Positions 18,225 through 28,650 of a DNA stretch of 64,000 nt are shown here, one piece after another (within the stretch, counting starts at the first letter, position 1; each line of letters begins with the position of its first letter). Source of the DNA: an uncultured Bacteroidales bacterium (GTDB lineage: Bacteria; Bacteroidota; Bacteroidia; Bacteroidales; VadinHA17); NCBI GenBank assembly GCA_963828395.1, contig CAWHED010000004.1, positions 237,541 to 301,540 of the forward strand. The letters are read 5' to 3'. The position numbers and the translations under genes were made by a program. The notes under the pieces were generated by a model. It made no database searches. It worked only from the letters and a program-made list of their open reading frames with translations, and was not told the origin of the DNA.

Positions 18225-20024
18225 GTGGATGACAGGAGATACATATCAGGCAGGCTGGGTGTGACAGCACTGGTTGTGTTGTTTATTTTGTCCTGTGCCA
18301 AGATAAATTCACCCCTGGGCGGACCGAAGGACCTTGATCCTCCGGTGATACTGAGGAGCCAGCCTGAAAACGGTACAGTGATGTTCCCCGGAAAATCATT
18401 TGTTATAACCTTTGACGAGTTTGTGATACTGGACAAGATCACCGAAAAATTCATGGTGTCACCACCCCTGAAAACAAAGCCTGATGTACGATTGAAGGGA
18501 AAGAGCCTGGTGGTAAGCTGGGAGGATACGCTTACGGACAGCACCACTTACACATTCTATTTCCAGGATGCAATACGTGATAACAATGAGAATAATGCCA
18601 TCCCGAATTTCCAGTATGTTTTTTCAACCGGACCCGTTCTCGACTCCCTCTCGTTGTCCGGTAATGTTTTCGGTGCGTTTGATCTCGAGGTTGTACCCGA
18701 TGTGCTTGTGATGATGTATTCCAATCTCTCGGATACGGCGCCGCGCACGCTGCTTCCTGCCTATATCTCCAAGCCTGAGGTCTCGGGTGGCTTTATGATA
18801 AACAATATCAAGCCCGGCCGCTTCAGGCTTTACGCCCTGAAGGACATTAACGGCAACAAGATGTATGATCTTGAAGATGAGGTTTTTGCTTTCAGTGATT
18901 CAATTATCAACATCACCCCGGATGCATATTACAACATCACTCCTGACACAATAACGTATAAGCCAGAAAACGCTCCTGAAAAGACAAAGGACGACATTTT
19001 CACTTTCGGGGTCCACAGGCTTTATGCCTTTACCAGGGAAGCGAAGAAGCAGTATCTCAGATACACGGAGCGCAAGAGCAGCGGATTAATCGGGTTTGGC
19101 CTTGCCATTCCCTCTGACACCGGGCAGGTCTCAATAGAACTTACAGGCATTGCTACCGATACATGGTATATGGAAAATAATGCCAGGCGTGACACTTTTA
19201 TGGTTTGGATAACCAGTCCGGAGGTTTATGACCGCGATGTCATTGATGCGTTGCTTACTTATCCTTTCACTGACAGCACCGGAACACTCATTCAGAAAAC
19301 CAACTCCGTAATTTTCAGGTTCAGGAAACCGGATGCTCCAAGGTCAGGCGCCAGGAAAATACCTGCACTGTCGCTGGCAACAAACATCAGCGGTAAAATA
19401 AAACCCGGTGCCATCCCGGCTTTCACCGGCCCCGCACCTCTGAGTGAGCCTGACACATCAAAAATAATCCTGACACAAATCGTTGATACTATTAAGACCG
19501 GACTTCATGCGGTACTCGTGAAGGACAGCACCAATTCCCGGCGTATCCTGATGAAAACACCCCTGAAAGCGGGAGGATCGTACACTCTTGAATGCAAGGG
19601 AGGAGCTTTTACCGATATTTACGGAAATGCAACAGATTCAATAGTTTACATAATTACAGTTGGAGTAGCCGAAGACTATGGCAGTGTTAAGGCAAAACTT
19701 ACCGGCTATGAAGGTAACGTGATAATACAGCTTCTTGGTGACAAGGAAAAAGTTCTTCAGGAAGCAGTTGTTAAAAGTCCCGTTGAGGTTAAGTTTGGAC
19801 TGATTGACAAGGGCCGCTACAGGATGAGGGCCATTTATGACATTGACTCCAGCCGGACATGGACTACAGGAGATTTTGGCCTGATGAGAAATCCGGAGCC
19901 GGTAACATATTACCCGGGAGAACTCGATGTCAAGATAAACTGGGATCTGGAACAGGACTGGGACCTGGGAGTCAAGTACCGCAAGGATGTGTCACTGAGG
20001 GCCAAGCCGGCGTCTAAAAAGTAA
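18225..20024 (+). CDS. Ig-like (Big_5/SbsA-type) domain lipoprotein
   Basis: The lipobox is LVVLFILSCAK. PLGGPKDLDPPVILRSQPENGTVMFPGKSFVITFDEFV is typical of a Big_5 N-terminus. The start is uncertain: GTG at 18225, or ATG at 18168 or 18129. The track start at 17826 lies inside lgt. Confidence 0.6.
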   Translation: MDDRRYISGRLGVTALVVLFILSCAKINSPLGGPKDLDPPVILRSQPENGTVMFPGKSFVITFDEFVILDKITEKFMVSPPLKTKPDVRLKGKSLVVSWEDTLTDSTTYTFYFQDAIRDNNENNAIPNFQYVFSTGPVLDSLSLSGNVFGAFDLEVVPDVLVMMYSNLSDTAPRTLLPAYISKPEVSGGFMINNIKPGRFRLYALKDINGNKMYDLEDEVFAFSDSIINITPDAYYNITPDTITYKPENAPEKTKDDIFTFGVHRLYAFTREAKKQYLRYTERKSSGLIGFGLAIPSDTGQVSIELTGIATDTWYMENNARRDTFMVWITSPEVYDRDVIDALLTYPFTDSTGTLIQKTNSVIFRFRKPDAPRSGARKIPALSLATNISGKIKPGAIPAFTGPAPLSEPDTSKIILTQIVDTIKTGLHAVLVKDSTNSRRILMKTPLKAGGSYTLECKGGAFTDIYGNATDSIVYIITVGVAEDYGSVKAKLTGYEGNVIIQLLGDKEKVLQEAVVKSPVEVKFGLIDKGRYRMRAIYDIDSSRTWTTGDFGLMRNPEPVTYYPGELDVKINWDLEQDWDLGVKYRKDVSLRAKPASKK

Positions 20025-20030
20025 ATCATT

Positions 20031-21458
20031 ATGGCGACACGCAGAATGTTTATAAGAAACACTGTCATGGCCGGCGTGGCGCTCAGTGCAGGTATTCCAG
20101 CCTTCTCCTCCGTATCTGCCGGTAAGTGGAATTCCAACAGACCGGCTCCCAAACTGCGAAAATTTCAGAGTAAAGCTGTTGAAGATACTATAAAGGAAGT
20201 CAAATCATTTCTCGGTGATACGGAACTGGCATGGCTCTTCGAAAACTGCTTTCCCAACACTCTTGACACTACTGTCAGCTACGGCGAGAAAGCCGGAAGG
20301 CCTGACACGTTTGTCATCACAGGCGATATTAATGCAATGTGGCTGCGTGATTCCACAGCCCAGGTATGGCCTTATATCTCGCTGACGCCATCCGACAGCA
20401 AGCTCAGGGACCTCATAGCCGGTGTAATTAACAGGCAGGTAAAATGCATACACATCGACCCTTATGCCAATGCCTTTAACGATGGTCCCGGACAGAGCGA
20501 ATGGATGAATGACCTGACGGAGATGAAGCCTGAGCTTCATGAACGCAAGTGGGAGATAGATTCTCTGTGTTATCCTGTCAGGCTTGCTCACGGTTACTGG
20601 AAAGCGACCGGGGACACTTCAGTATTTGATATTTCATGGGCTGAGGCGATGAGGCTTGTTATACGCACCTTCAGACAGCAGCAGCGCAAGGAAGACCAGG
20701 GTCCGTATCACTTCCAGCGGGTTACCGGGTGGCAGACAGACACCGTTGCCGGAGGCGGTTATGGTAATCCCGTGAACCCTGTCGGACTGATAGTTTCTAT
20801 TTTCAGACCTTCAGACGATGCTACCATTTGGCCTTTCCTGATACCGTCAAACTACTTTGCCGTAAAATCGCTCAGGCAGATAGCAGAAATAGCGGAAGCT
20901 GTTCTCAAAGACGCAAAGCTGGGGGCAGATGCCTCTTCGCTGGCAGACGAGGTTGAAACGGCCCTGATAAAATACGCCAGGGCAATACACCCGGAGCATG
21001 GGGAGATAATCGCCTACGAGACAGACGGATATTACAATTACAGTTTCATGGATGACGCCAACGTTCCGAGCCTGCTGGCAATGCCTTATCTCGGGACCAT
21101 AGACCGGAATGATGAGCTGTATCTCAGGACAAGAAATTTTGTGCTGACTAAAAGTAATCCATATTATTTTTCGGGCAAGATGGGCCACGGGATTGGCAGT
21201 CCGCATACAGGAACAAACCGTATCTGGCCAATCGCCATTACCATGAGGGCGCTTACTGCCAATAATGATTATGACATTGTCTCTTCGCTGAAGATGCTGA
21301 AGAACACGCATGCCGCAACCGGCTTCATGCATGAATCTTTCATGAAGGATGATCCGACACTGTTCACCAGAAAGTGGTTCGCCTGGGCCAATACCCTGTT
21401 CGGTGAGTTGGTGCTCGGCACGTACCGCACCCGGCCGGAACTGTTGAAAGAAGTTTAA
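20031..21458 (+). CDS. Glycoside hydrolase family 125 (exo-alpha-1,6-mannosidase-like)
   Basis: There is a Tat-like signal (MATRRMFIRNTVMAGVALSAG). DTFVITGDINAMWLRDSTAQVWPY and the C-terminal WFAWANTLFGE match the GH125 pattern. Confidence 0.8.
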   Translation: MATRRMFIRNTVMAGVALSAGIPAFSSVSAGKWNSNRPAPKLRKFQSKAVEDTIKEVKSFLGDTELAWLFENCFPNTLDTTVSYGEKAGRPDTFVITGDINAMWLRDSTAQVWPYISLTPSDSKLRDLIAGVINRQVKCIHIDPYANAFNDGPGQSEWMNDLTEMKPELHERKWEIDSLCYPVRLAHGYWKATGDTSVFDISWAEAMRLVIRTFRQQQRKEDQGPYHFQRVTGWQTDTVAGGGYGNPVNPVGLIVSIFRPSDDATIWPFLIPSNYFAVKSLRQIAEIAEAVLKDAKLGADASSLADEVETALIKYARAIHPEHGEIIAYETDGYYNYSFMDDANVPSLLAMPYLGTIDRNDELYLRTRNFVLTKSNPYYFSGKMGHGIGSPHTGTNRIWPIAITMRALTANNDYDIVSSLKMLKNTHAATGFMHESFMKDDPTLFTRKWFAWANTLFGELVLGTYRTRPELLKEV

Positions 21459-21546
21459 CCAGAAATGAAAACTATCGAAGTAAAAAGGCTTAACTCAGAT
21501 AAGGTGTATCCTGCCATGGCTGAAGTGTCGGCCAGAACTCGATGAG

Positions 21547-22119
21547 ATGGGCGAAGGACATGCCATCGAAACGGTCAATTGGGAAACGTTCCCGTATAAA
21601 CCCGAAGTGAAATTCAATATTGCCTGGGGAGACAGCGAAATTTACATTAAATATTATGTCAGGGAGACAACTGTCAAGGCAGAGAAAACCCGGACCAACG
21701 AAATGGTCTGTGAGGACTCCTGTGTCGAATTTTTTGTCTCGCCGTCTGATGACGGCATCTATTATAATCTCGAGTGCAATGCTATCGGCACCCTTCTGAT
21801 GGGTTCAGGGCATGGAAGACATGACGGCATCAGGGCCGATGCCAGCGTTATCAGCGGCATTCGTCGCCTCACAACAATGGGTACAGAACCGTTTGCCGAG
21901 ATCAGCGGCGATATCCGGTGGTCAATCACGCTGGCAATTCCTTTAAAAACCTTCTTTCATCATAAGACCGGAGACCTGAGAGGAAAAAGCTTCAGCGCCA
22001 ATTTCTACAAGTGCGGCGACAAGCTGAGCAATCCGCATTATGTGACATGGAATCCCATCGGCACAGAGAAACCTGATTATCACAGGCCTGAATATTTTGG
22101 AAGACTGAAATTCGTCTAG
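21547..22119 (+). CDS. Carbohydrate-binding family 9-like protein, with the N-terminus apparently detached by a frameshift (see findings)
   Basis: VNWETFPYKPEVKF, CEDSCVEFFVSP, YYNLECNAIGT, ANFYKCGDKLSNPHYVTWNPI and YHRPEYFG are present. Confidence 0.7.
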   Translation: MGEGHAIETVNWETFPYKPEVKFNIAWGDSEIYIKYYVRETTVKAEKTRTNEMVCEDSCVEFFVSPSDDGIYYNLECNAIGTLLMGSGHGRHDGIRADASVISGIRRLTTMGTEPFAEISGDIRWSITLAIPLKTFFHHKTGDLRGKSFSANFYKCGDKLSNPHYVTWNPIGTEKPDYHRPEYFGRLKFV

Positions 22120-22262
22120 ATATATTCAGCTCCTTGCAGTCCTGACATTTATTTTCACCGGAAGAATCTAAACCTTATATTTACGTTTGGTTTGATATGT
22201 GATTCTTAGTATAAAGGACTCGTTTGTCTGGTCCTGAACAGAAGAAAAGTAAAAAGAAGTTA

Positions 22263-22655
22263 ATGGATAACTACAGTCTCCCGGAAATGATCAATTATAT
22301 CATAGGCGGCCTTTTCGTTATCATTGTCTTTTCAATAGCATACGCTTATCTCAAGCCCCATAAACTGCATCATTCAAGGCCGCTATCGACCTTTGCGTTA
22401 AAGGCCAGCTACCTTGTTTATCTCCTTGTTACACTGCTTGTCATGTACTTTGCCAGCCTGAAAGGGGGAGGCCTCAGCCAGGTCTTCGACGGCCCGGAAT
22501 TCTTTGTCTTTCTGCTTGTGCTTTTTGTACCTACAATCGGAATTTTTTCAAGAAAAATAACCAATTTCAGTGCAAAGAGGGTACTTTACAATCTTATATT
22601 CACCACGGTGAACATCATTATGACCATTACCGTTCTCATACTCTACAGGTTCTGA
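22263..22655 (+). CDS. Small integral membrane protein (hypothetical)
   Basis: There are four hydrophobic segments. The track start at 22224 is TTG, so I prefer the ATG at 22263 (MDNYSLPEM). Confidence 0.5.
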   Translation: MDNYSLPEMINYIIGGLFVIIVFSIAYAYLKPHKLHHSRPLSTFALKASYLVYLLVTLLVMYFASLKGGGLSQVFDGPEFFVFLLVLFVPTIGIFSRKITNFSAKRVLYNLIFTTVNIIMTITVLILYRF

Positions 22656-22713
22656 ATACTTCTTACAGCTATAATAGATTAAATTTGTTTTTGAAACTGA
22701 AAACTCCACTATC

Positions 22714-24366
22714 ATGATCAAAGAAAGATTTATCACTTATGTAGAGGAGAGCATTATAAAGAACTGGAACAAAGAAGCTCTCTCAAATTACCGGGAAAAG
22801 GGTTATACATATAAGGAAATCGCAGAGATGATTGTCAGGCACCATATTTTCTTTAATGAGCTTGGCATTAAAGAGGGAGACAAGATTGCCCTCGTTGGCA
22901 GGAACTCTGCCAACTGGTGCGCGATGTATCTTGCAGTTGTGACCTACGGTGCGATTGTTGTCCCTATCCTGCCCGACTTCAGGCCGGAGGATATGCAAAA
23001 CATCATCAGCCATTCAGATTCAAGATTGCTCTTCATAGATGACAAGCTGTGGGAGAACCTTGAACCGGACAAGATGAAAGAGATCATGTGTGCCATCAGC
23101 CTTGACACATTCGAAATGACCATGAGCCGGTCGGAAAAGTACACCGGCCTTTATAATGCTAATAACGCCTCGTTCAGCAAGAAGTATCCTGATTTTAAAC
23201 AGGAGGATATAAAATTCTCTGAAATCGACAATGAAAAACTTGCCGTTATAAGCTACACATCAGGCACAACGGGTTTTTCCAAGGGAGTGATGATACCCCA
23301 CAGGAGTCTTGCAGCAAACACCCGTTACGCACAGGCTAACATGCCTCTTGACTCCGGTGATCCCGTCGTCTCGTTTCTCCCGCTGGCACACACATACGGC
23401 TGCGCCTTCGAGTTTCTCTTTCCGTTCACATACGGCTGCCACATCACAATCCTGACAAAGACGCCGTCTCCCCAGATACTTTTACAGGCCTTCAAGGAGA
23501 TCAGGCCAAGGCTGATACTCTCGGTTCCCCTGGTGATAGAAAAGGTGTATAAAAAACAGATCCTTCCTGTCATCTCCAAGCCTCACATGAAGATACTGCT
23601 GAAGGTCCCGGGCATAAAAAAGGTGCTTCATAACAAGATCCGTGAAAAACTGACGGTGAGTTTTGGCGGCCGGTTCAAGGAGATTGTCATTGGCGGGGCA
23701 GCCTTCAACTCTGATGCGGAAAAATTCTTCAAAACCATCCACCTGCCTTTCAGCATCGGTTACGGAATGACTGAATGCGGGCCCCTTATCAGTTACGACG
23801 GGTGGCGGACCAACCGGCTGGGTTCATGCGGCAAATCAGTAGATACACTTGAAGTGAAGATCGACTCACCAGACCCGGAAAAGATCGTTGGAGAGATCAT
23901 CCTTCGCGGCGACAATGTCATGCACGGTTATTACAAGAATGACGCTGCGACAAAAGAAGTGATCGATGATGAAGGCTGGATGCACACGGGTGACCTCGGA
24001 GTCATTGATAAAGACGGTTATATCTATATCAAAGGCCGTAGCAAAAATATGCTCCTGGGCCCCTCAGGAAAAAATATCTATCCGGAAGAGATAGAATCCC
24101 TTATCAATAATTACACTTTTGTGTCCGAATCAGTTGTAATTTCCGAGGAGCACAAGCTTATCGCCCTTATATACCCTGATCAGGAGCAGCTTAATAAAGC
24201 CGGGATCACGGAGGCAACTCTGAACAATGCCCTGGACACCATCCGCAAGGATGTTAATGCTCATTTACCTGAATATATGGCCGTGACAAAATTCCGCGTT
24301 CATCCTGAAGAGTTTGTAAAAACACCAAAGAGGAGCATTAAGCGTTATCTCTATATGAAGGAATAA
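22714..24366 (+). CDS. AMP-dependent synthetase/ligase (long-chain fatty acid-CoA ligase-like)
   Basis: The AMP-binding motif is YTSGTTGFSKGVM, with GYGMTE and GDLGVIDKDGYIYIKGR. Confidence 0.85.
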   Translation: MIKERFITYVEESIIKNWNKEALSNYREKGYTYKEIAEMIVRHHIFFNELGIKEGDKIALVGRNSANWCAMYLAVVTYGAIVVPILPDFRPEDMQNIISHSDSRLLFIDDKLWENLEPDKMKEIMCAISLDTFEMTMSRSEKYTGLYNANNASFSKKYPDFKQEDIKFSEIDNEKLAVISYTSGTTGFSKGVMIPHRSLAANTRYAQANMPLDSGDPVVSFLPLAHTYGCAFEFLFPFTYGCHITILTKTPSPQILLQAFKEIRPRLILSVPLVIEKVYKKQILPVISKPHMKILLKVPGIKKVLHNKIREKLTVSFGGRFKEIVIGGAAFNSDAEKFFKTIHLPFSIGYGMTECGPLISYDGWRTNRLGSCGKSVDTLEVKIDSPDPEKIVGEIILRGDNVMHGYYKNDAATKEVIDDEGWMHTGDLGVIDKDGYIYIKGRSKNMLLGPSGKNIYPEEIESLINNYTFVSESVVISEEHKLIALIYPDQEQLNKAGITEATLNNALDTIRKDVNAHLPEYMAVTKFRVHPEEFVKTPKRSIKRYLYMKE

Positions 24367-24369
24367 TGG

Positions 24370-25047
24370 ATGAGCGTGAAGAAGTATTGTATCATAGTCG
24401 CCGGGGGAAGCGGACGCAGGATGAAATCCGCCATCCCGAAGCAGTTTCTCCTCCTGGAGGGAAAACCGCTGCTGATGCATACTATCGAAAGGTTTCACTC
24501 ATTTGACAGGGACATCGAAATAATTTTAGTCATTCCTTCAGAACATCATTCTCTCTGGAGTGACCTCGTCAGAGAATATTCCTTTGAAATAAGTCATAAA
24601 ATCGTTTCAGGCGGTAAAGAGCGTTTTCACTCTGTCAGGGCAGGACTGGACTGTGTGACCGGAGATTCGCTTGTGGCTATTCATGACGGCGTCAGGCCGC
24701 TGGTGAGTCATGATACCATCTGGCGGTGTTTTGCCGATGCTGAAGAATTCGGCACTGCCGTGCCCTTCATCGAGCCCTCGGATTCCGTCAGGATTTTTTC
24801 GGGAGATGCCAGCAGGCCATGCCTCAGGAATGAGGTGCGGCTCATACAGACCCCCCAGGTTTTCCGCAGCAGCCTGATTTTTTCGGCCTATGACCGCGAC
24901 TATGACCCGTCGTTCACCGATGACGCAACCGTTGCCGAAGCGGCCGGGGTAAAGGTACACCTGACACACGGAAACAGGGAGAACATTAAAATAACCACAC
25001 CAGAAGACCTGACGGTAGCGCACGCACTGATCAGGATCATGAAATAA
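24370..25047 (+). CDS. ispD: 2-C-methyl-D-erythritol 4-phosphate cytidylyltransferase
   Basis: IIVAGGSGRRMKSAIPKQFL, VAIHDGVRP, QTPQVF and ENIKITTPEDL are present. Confidence 0.9.
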   Translation: MSVKKYCIIVAGGSGRRMKSAIPKQFLLLEGKPLLMHTIERFHSFDRDIEIILVIPSEHHSLWSDLVREYSFEISHKIVSGGKERFHSVRAGLDCVTGDSLVAIHDGVRPLVSHDTIWRCFADAEEFGTAVPFIEPSDSVRIFSGDASRPCLRNEVRLIQTPQVFRSSLIFSAYDRDYDPSFTDDATVAEAAGVKVHLTHGNRENIKITTPEDLTVAHALIRIMK

Positions 25048-25064
25048 ATACACAGGGAAACCCT

Positions 25065-26186
25065 ATGGAACAGGAGAGCGTAACTGACTATAAAAGGCTT
25101 GAAGTAAAAAAAGTTGACAAGGCTGATGAGGAGATCATCGGCCTGCTCAAAGAAACCGTCCTGGGGTCCGAAGGGGGTATGCGCTATTCAATGCAGAACA
25201 CCGAAGAGAGAATTAAAGCCTATGGTGACGATCTCTCTTTCATGGCGCTTTACAAGAGGAACAGCCTGAAAGGCGTCATCGGCATGTGCAGGCGCAATAC
25301 GATGAACTGCGGAGTGCCCTACAACTCGACGCACCTGCGTTATCTTTCGGTACAGAACGCTTTCCAGACAGAAAGAGCTCCAGCCCGCAAAGGCGACAGG
25401 CACTCTTATGTTGAGGAGAGCTTAAAACAGAAAATATTTTCGATGTTCAGGGGATCGAACCGCGATGGAGATGACCTGGCAGAACGGACCGGACCACATG
25501 TAATGTATGCCTATGTGGAGAGCCGTAACGAGAGATCAAGAAACCTTATCAACCAGTCCGGGTATGAGTATATCCGTTCCTTTCTCACCATCGCCTTCAG
25601 CCGTTTTGATCCTGAGCCCAATACCTCCGTCACCAGGCTGACCCCGGAGGAAGAGCCTGCCATGACCGGCCTGCTGAACGGGCAGTACCGTAATTACTGT
25701 TTCTATACGGATGAATTTACTTTTGCCGGCCACAGGTACTATGTCCTGAGGAAGAACAATGAGATCGTTGCAGGCGTGAGCGCTATACCCGCACGGTATA
25801 AGGTTGTAAATGTACCCGGCCTGTGGGGATGGCTTATGATGAAAGTATTTCCCGTGACTCCCTTTTTTAAAAGACTTTTTCAGCCGGAAGAGTTCCGGTA
25901 TGTTATTTTAAATGCAATTTACTGCCGTAAGGGAAATGAAGATCTTCTGCCAGATCTGTTTGAGGCAGTATGCGCTGAGGAAGGGTACAATACTGCGCTG
26001 ACATGGCTTGATGATCACTCTGAATTGTTCGATGTCCTGAGAACAAACAGAAGGATGGGTGCGCTGAACAGGCTGCTGAATGCAAAACCGGGCCTGGTAT
26101 ATGCGTATTTTTCGGGATTAACGCAGGAAGAGACAGTGAAATTCTATGAATCTCCTGCATATATTTCAGGATTTGACTTTTCATAA
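25065..26186 (+). CDS. Hypothetical protein (possible GNAT-like fold)
   Basis: It is a long clean ORF embedded in a same-strand gene run. I recognise no motif securely. Confidence 0.4.
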   Translation: MEQESVTDYKRLEVKKVDKADEEIIGLLKETVLGSEGGMRYSMQNTEERIKAYGDDLSFMALYKRNSLKGVIGMCRRNTMNCGVPYNSTHLRYLSVQNAFQTERAPARKGDRHSYVEESLKQKIFSMFRGSNRDGDDLAERTGPHVMYAYVESRNERSRNLINQSGYEYIRSFLTIAFSRFDPEPNTSVTRLTPEEEPAMTGLLNGQYRNYCFYTDEFTFAGHRYYVLRKNNEIVAGVSAIPARYKVVNVPGLWGWLMMKVFPVTPFFKRLFQPEEFRYVILNAIYCRKGNEDLLPDLFEAVCAEEGYNTALTWLDDHSELFDVLRTNRRMGALNRLLNAKPGLVYAYFSGLTQEETVKFYESPAYISGFDFS

Positions 26187-27622
26187 TGAGAAAATTCGCT
26201 TTGCTTATTCTGATGGCGCAGGGGCTGACAGGATTGTTTGCCCAGGAGCCAGATGAACGTTATGTGCCGGAAACAGACCCGCTGGTCCTGGAGAAGCTTG
26301 AACAGTGGCAGGATCTGAAATTCGGACTTCTGATGCACTGGGGTCCTTACAGCCAGTGGGGCATAGTTAAATCATGGTCTATATGCGCCGAGGATGAAGA
26401 TTGGTGCCGCAGGAAAAACCTTGATTATGAAGAATATAAGAAACAATACGAAGCACTTCAGCTGAGCTTTAATCCTGTCAGCTTCAATCCTGAAAAGTGG
26501 GCCGAAGCAGCAAAAAAAGCAGGAATGAAGTATGTCATCTTCACCACCAAACATCATGACGGATTCTCAATGTTTGACACTAAGCTTACTGATTATAAGA
26601 TCACTGACCATTCCTGTCCGTTCAGCGTCAATCCCCGCGCCAACGTGACAAAGGAGATCTTCAATGCTTTCAGGGAGCAGGGCCTGTGGACAGGGGCATA
26701 CTTTTCAAAACCAGACTGGCACAGTGAGTATTACTGGTGGCCCAATTTCGCCACACCGGACCGGAATGTCAATTATAACGTAAAGAACTACCCTGTGCGG
26801 TGGGAGAAGTTTGTCGGGTTCACGCATGGACAGATAATGGAGCTGCTCGGTGGCGACTACGGTAAGGTTGATATTCTATGGCTTGACGGTGGATGGGTTA
26901 AGAAGATGACCGCAGAACAGGAGCAGAGCTATCTTTCTTCACCCGGTAACAGGTTTGTGCGCGTGCAGAATCAAGATATACGGATGGATGAGCTTGTTTC
27001 AAAGGCCAGGCAGAAACAGCCCGGACTGATAGTGGTCGACAGGGCGGTGTACGGTAAAAACCAGAATTATCTGACCCCTGAGAACAGGGTTCCTGAAAAG
27101 GCACTTCCTTACCCATGGGAGTCTTGCATCATTGCAGGAGGAGGGTGGGCATGGGTGCCTGACCCTCACTTCATGCCGGGCCGTGAGGCAGTGCAACTGC
27201 TGGTTGACATTGTTATCAAGGGCGGGAACCTGCTGCTTAATATTGGTCCGGCCCCTGACGGCACCTGGCCCGAAGGTGCTTACAGCCTGCTCGAAGACAT
27301 AGGCAAATGGATGAATATAAACGGCGAAGCTATCTATGGCACCAGGGCGATGGCCCCGTACAAGGACGGCAAGGTATGCATAAACAGAAAAGGCGATAAT
27401 ACGTGGTACCTGTTCTATCTGGCTGACGAGGGCGAGAGTATGCCTGCTTCTGTAACCATGAATGGCCTGACGCTTCCGCAGGGGTCTGTGGTGACAGTGA
27501 CCGGTACAAAAACAAAGTGTTCATGGCTGAACGGAACAGATTCATTCACGGTAAATATTCCTTCTAAAGTCAGAAAAAACCCACCCTCAGACTATGTATG
27601 GGTAATGAAGATTGAATTCTGA
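26186..27622 (+). CDS. Alpha-L-fucosidase, GH29
   Basis: A signal peptide is present. KFGLLMHWGPYS, TKHHDGFSMFDT and LWLDGGW match the family. Confidence 0.85.
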   Translation: MRKFALLILMAQGLTGLFAQEPDERYVPETDPLVLEKLEQWQDLKFGLLMHWGPYSQWGIVKSWSICAEDEDWCRRKNLDYEEYKKQYEALQLSFNPVSFNPEKWAEAAKKAGMKYVIFTTKHHDGFSMFDTKLTDYKITDHSCPFSVNPRANVTKEIFNAFREQGLWTGAYFSKPDWHSEYYWWPNFATPDRNVNYNVKNYPVRWEKFVGFTHGQIMELLGGDYGKVDILWLDGGWVKKMTAEQEQSYLSSPGNRFVRVQNQDIRMDELVSKARQKQPGLIVVDRAVYGKNQNYLTPENRVPEKALPYPWESCIIAGGGWAWVPDPHFMPGREAVQLLVDIVIKGGNLLLNIGPAPDGTWPEGAYSLLEDIGKWMNINGEAIYGTRAMAPYKDGKVCINRKGDNTWYLFYLADEGESMPASVTMNGLTLPQGSVVTVTGTKTKCSWLNGTDSFTVNIPSKVRKNPPSDYVWVMKIEF

Positions 27623-27891
27623 ATGGACACCCCGTAAAAACGTGCCACACAGACCTTATATTGATGCTTTGCAGCATCCTGATCTGTGTGGCCTGACAGG
27701 GAAATGGGGGGAAGAACCACCTGTCATGTTCAAAAAAAATATTTTTATTCCGTTTACGATCCGGTTTAGCAATCATAAAGATTGGACAAAATACCATGGT
27801 ACCAAAGGGATTTACCGACCGTTGTATGAACTGGTGCTTCTAATGTACGAAGGCGCCTTTTTAAAAGATAATTATATTCCGGGACCCATGC

Positions 27892-28650
27892 CTAGAAGTC
27901 AGCAATACGGGTTTTCATGTGGTCCAGCAACTGTTTGACCTTGTCTCGTGAAATTTCGCAGCGAAACTCTTTGTCGCCCTTGATGAATATGCATTGTTGC
28001 GTTTTTGTATCTATGCGTGAAAGGTATACAGTGTTGATTATGCATGACCGGCCTGTCCTGTAGAAGTGATTACCGAGATGTTCTTCCAGTGCACCCAGAA
28101 GGACTGTCACGGTTTCGGTCCGTCCGGAGATAAAATGAAACGTAGAGTAATTTCCGTCAGCAGTAATGAAAACAACCTCTGCCGGATCGATGAATACCAC
28201 TCCTGTCACGCCCCTGAAAATAAGTACTTTATCATTGTTAAAAAGTGAGGTTATCTTGTCCAGGGAATCCATCCTGCCGTTAGCATTGAACCGGTTAAAT
28301 GTCGCCATCAGGCGCTCGGGGTCAATGGGTTTAAGCAGGTAATCGAAGGCGGCATATTCAAACGCCTTGATAGCATATTCGTCATGAGCCGTGGTAAAAA
28401 CAACATGAGGATTTACCTTCCTTTTTACCCTCAGATCATTGAGGATATCAAAGCCTGACACTGACGGCATGCGTATATCCAGAAAGAGAATATCAGGGTC
28501 ATTTTTAATTATCAGATCCACGGCAGCAGCCGGATCTGTTGTAGATTCAATCACTGTGGCTATGCCGGTAGCTTCTATAAGATTGGCCAGCAGGTCAAGC
28601 GCCTCCTGCTCATCCTCCACGATGATGGTTTTTATAATCTGGTCATTCAT
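27892..28650 (-). CDS. LytTR-family two-component response regulator
   Basis: The receiver domain shows IIVEDE...LFLDIRMP. The C-terminal part is LytTR-like (FYRTGRSCIIN). It overlaps the kinase gene by 4 nt. Confidence 0.88.
   Translation of the reverse strand: MNDQIIKTIIVEDEQEALDLLANLIEATGIATVIESTTDPAAAVDLIIKNDPDILFLDIRMPSVSGFDILNDLRVKRKVNPHVVFTTAHDEYAIKAFEYAAFDYLLKPIDPERLMATFNRFNANGRMDSLDKITSLFNNDKVLIFRGVTGVVFIDPAEVVFITADGNYSTFHFISGRTETVTVLLGALEEHLGNHFYRTGRSCIINTVYLSRIDTKTQQCIFIKGDKEFRCEISRDKVKQLLDHMKTRIADF

Noticed and set aside
27612-27938. A 108-aa ORF in the GH29/response-regulator gap.
   Set aside because: It has no motif or promoter box, it overlaps the 3' end of the response-regulator gene and it spans the hairpin region. 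It is likely non-coding.
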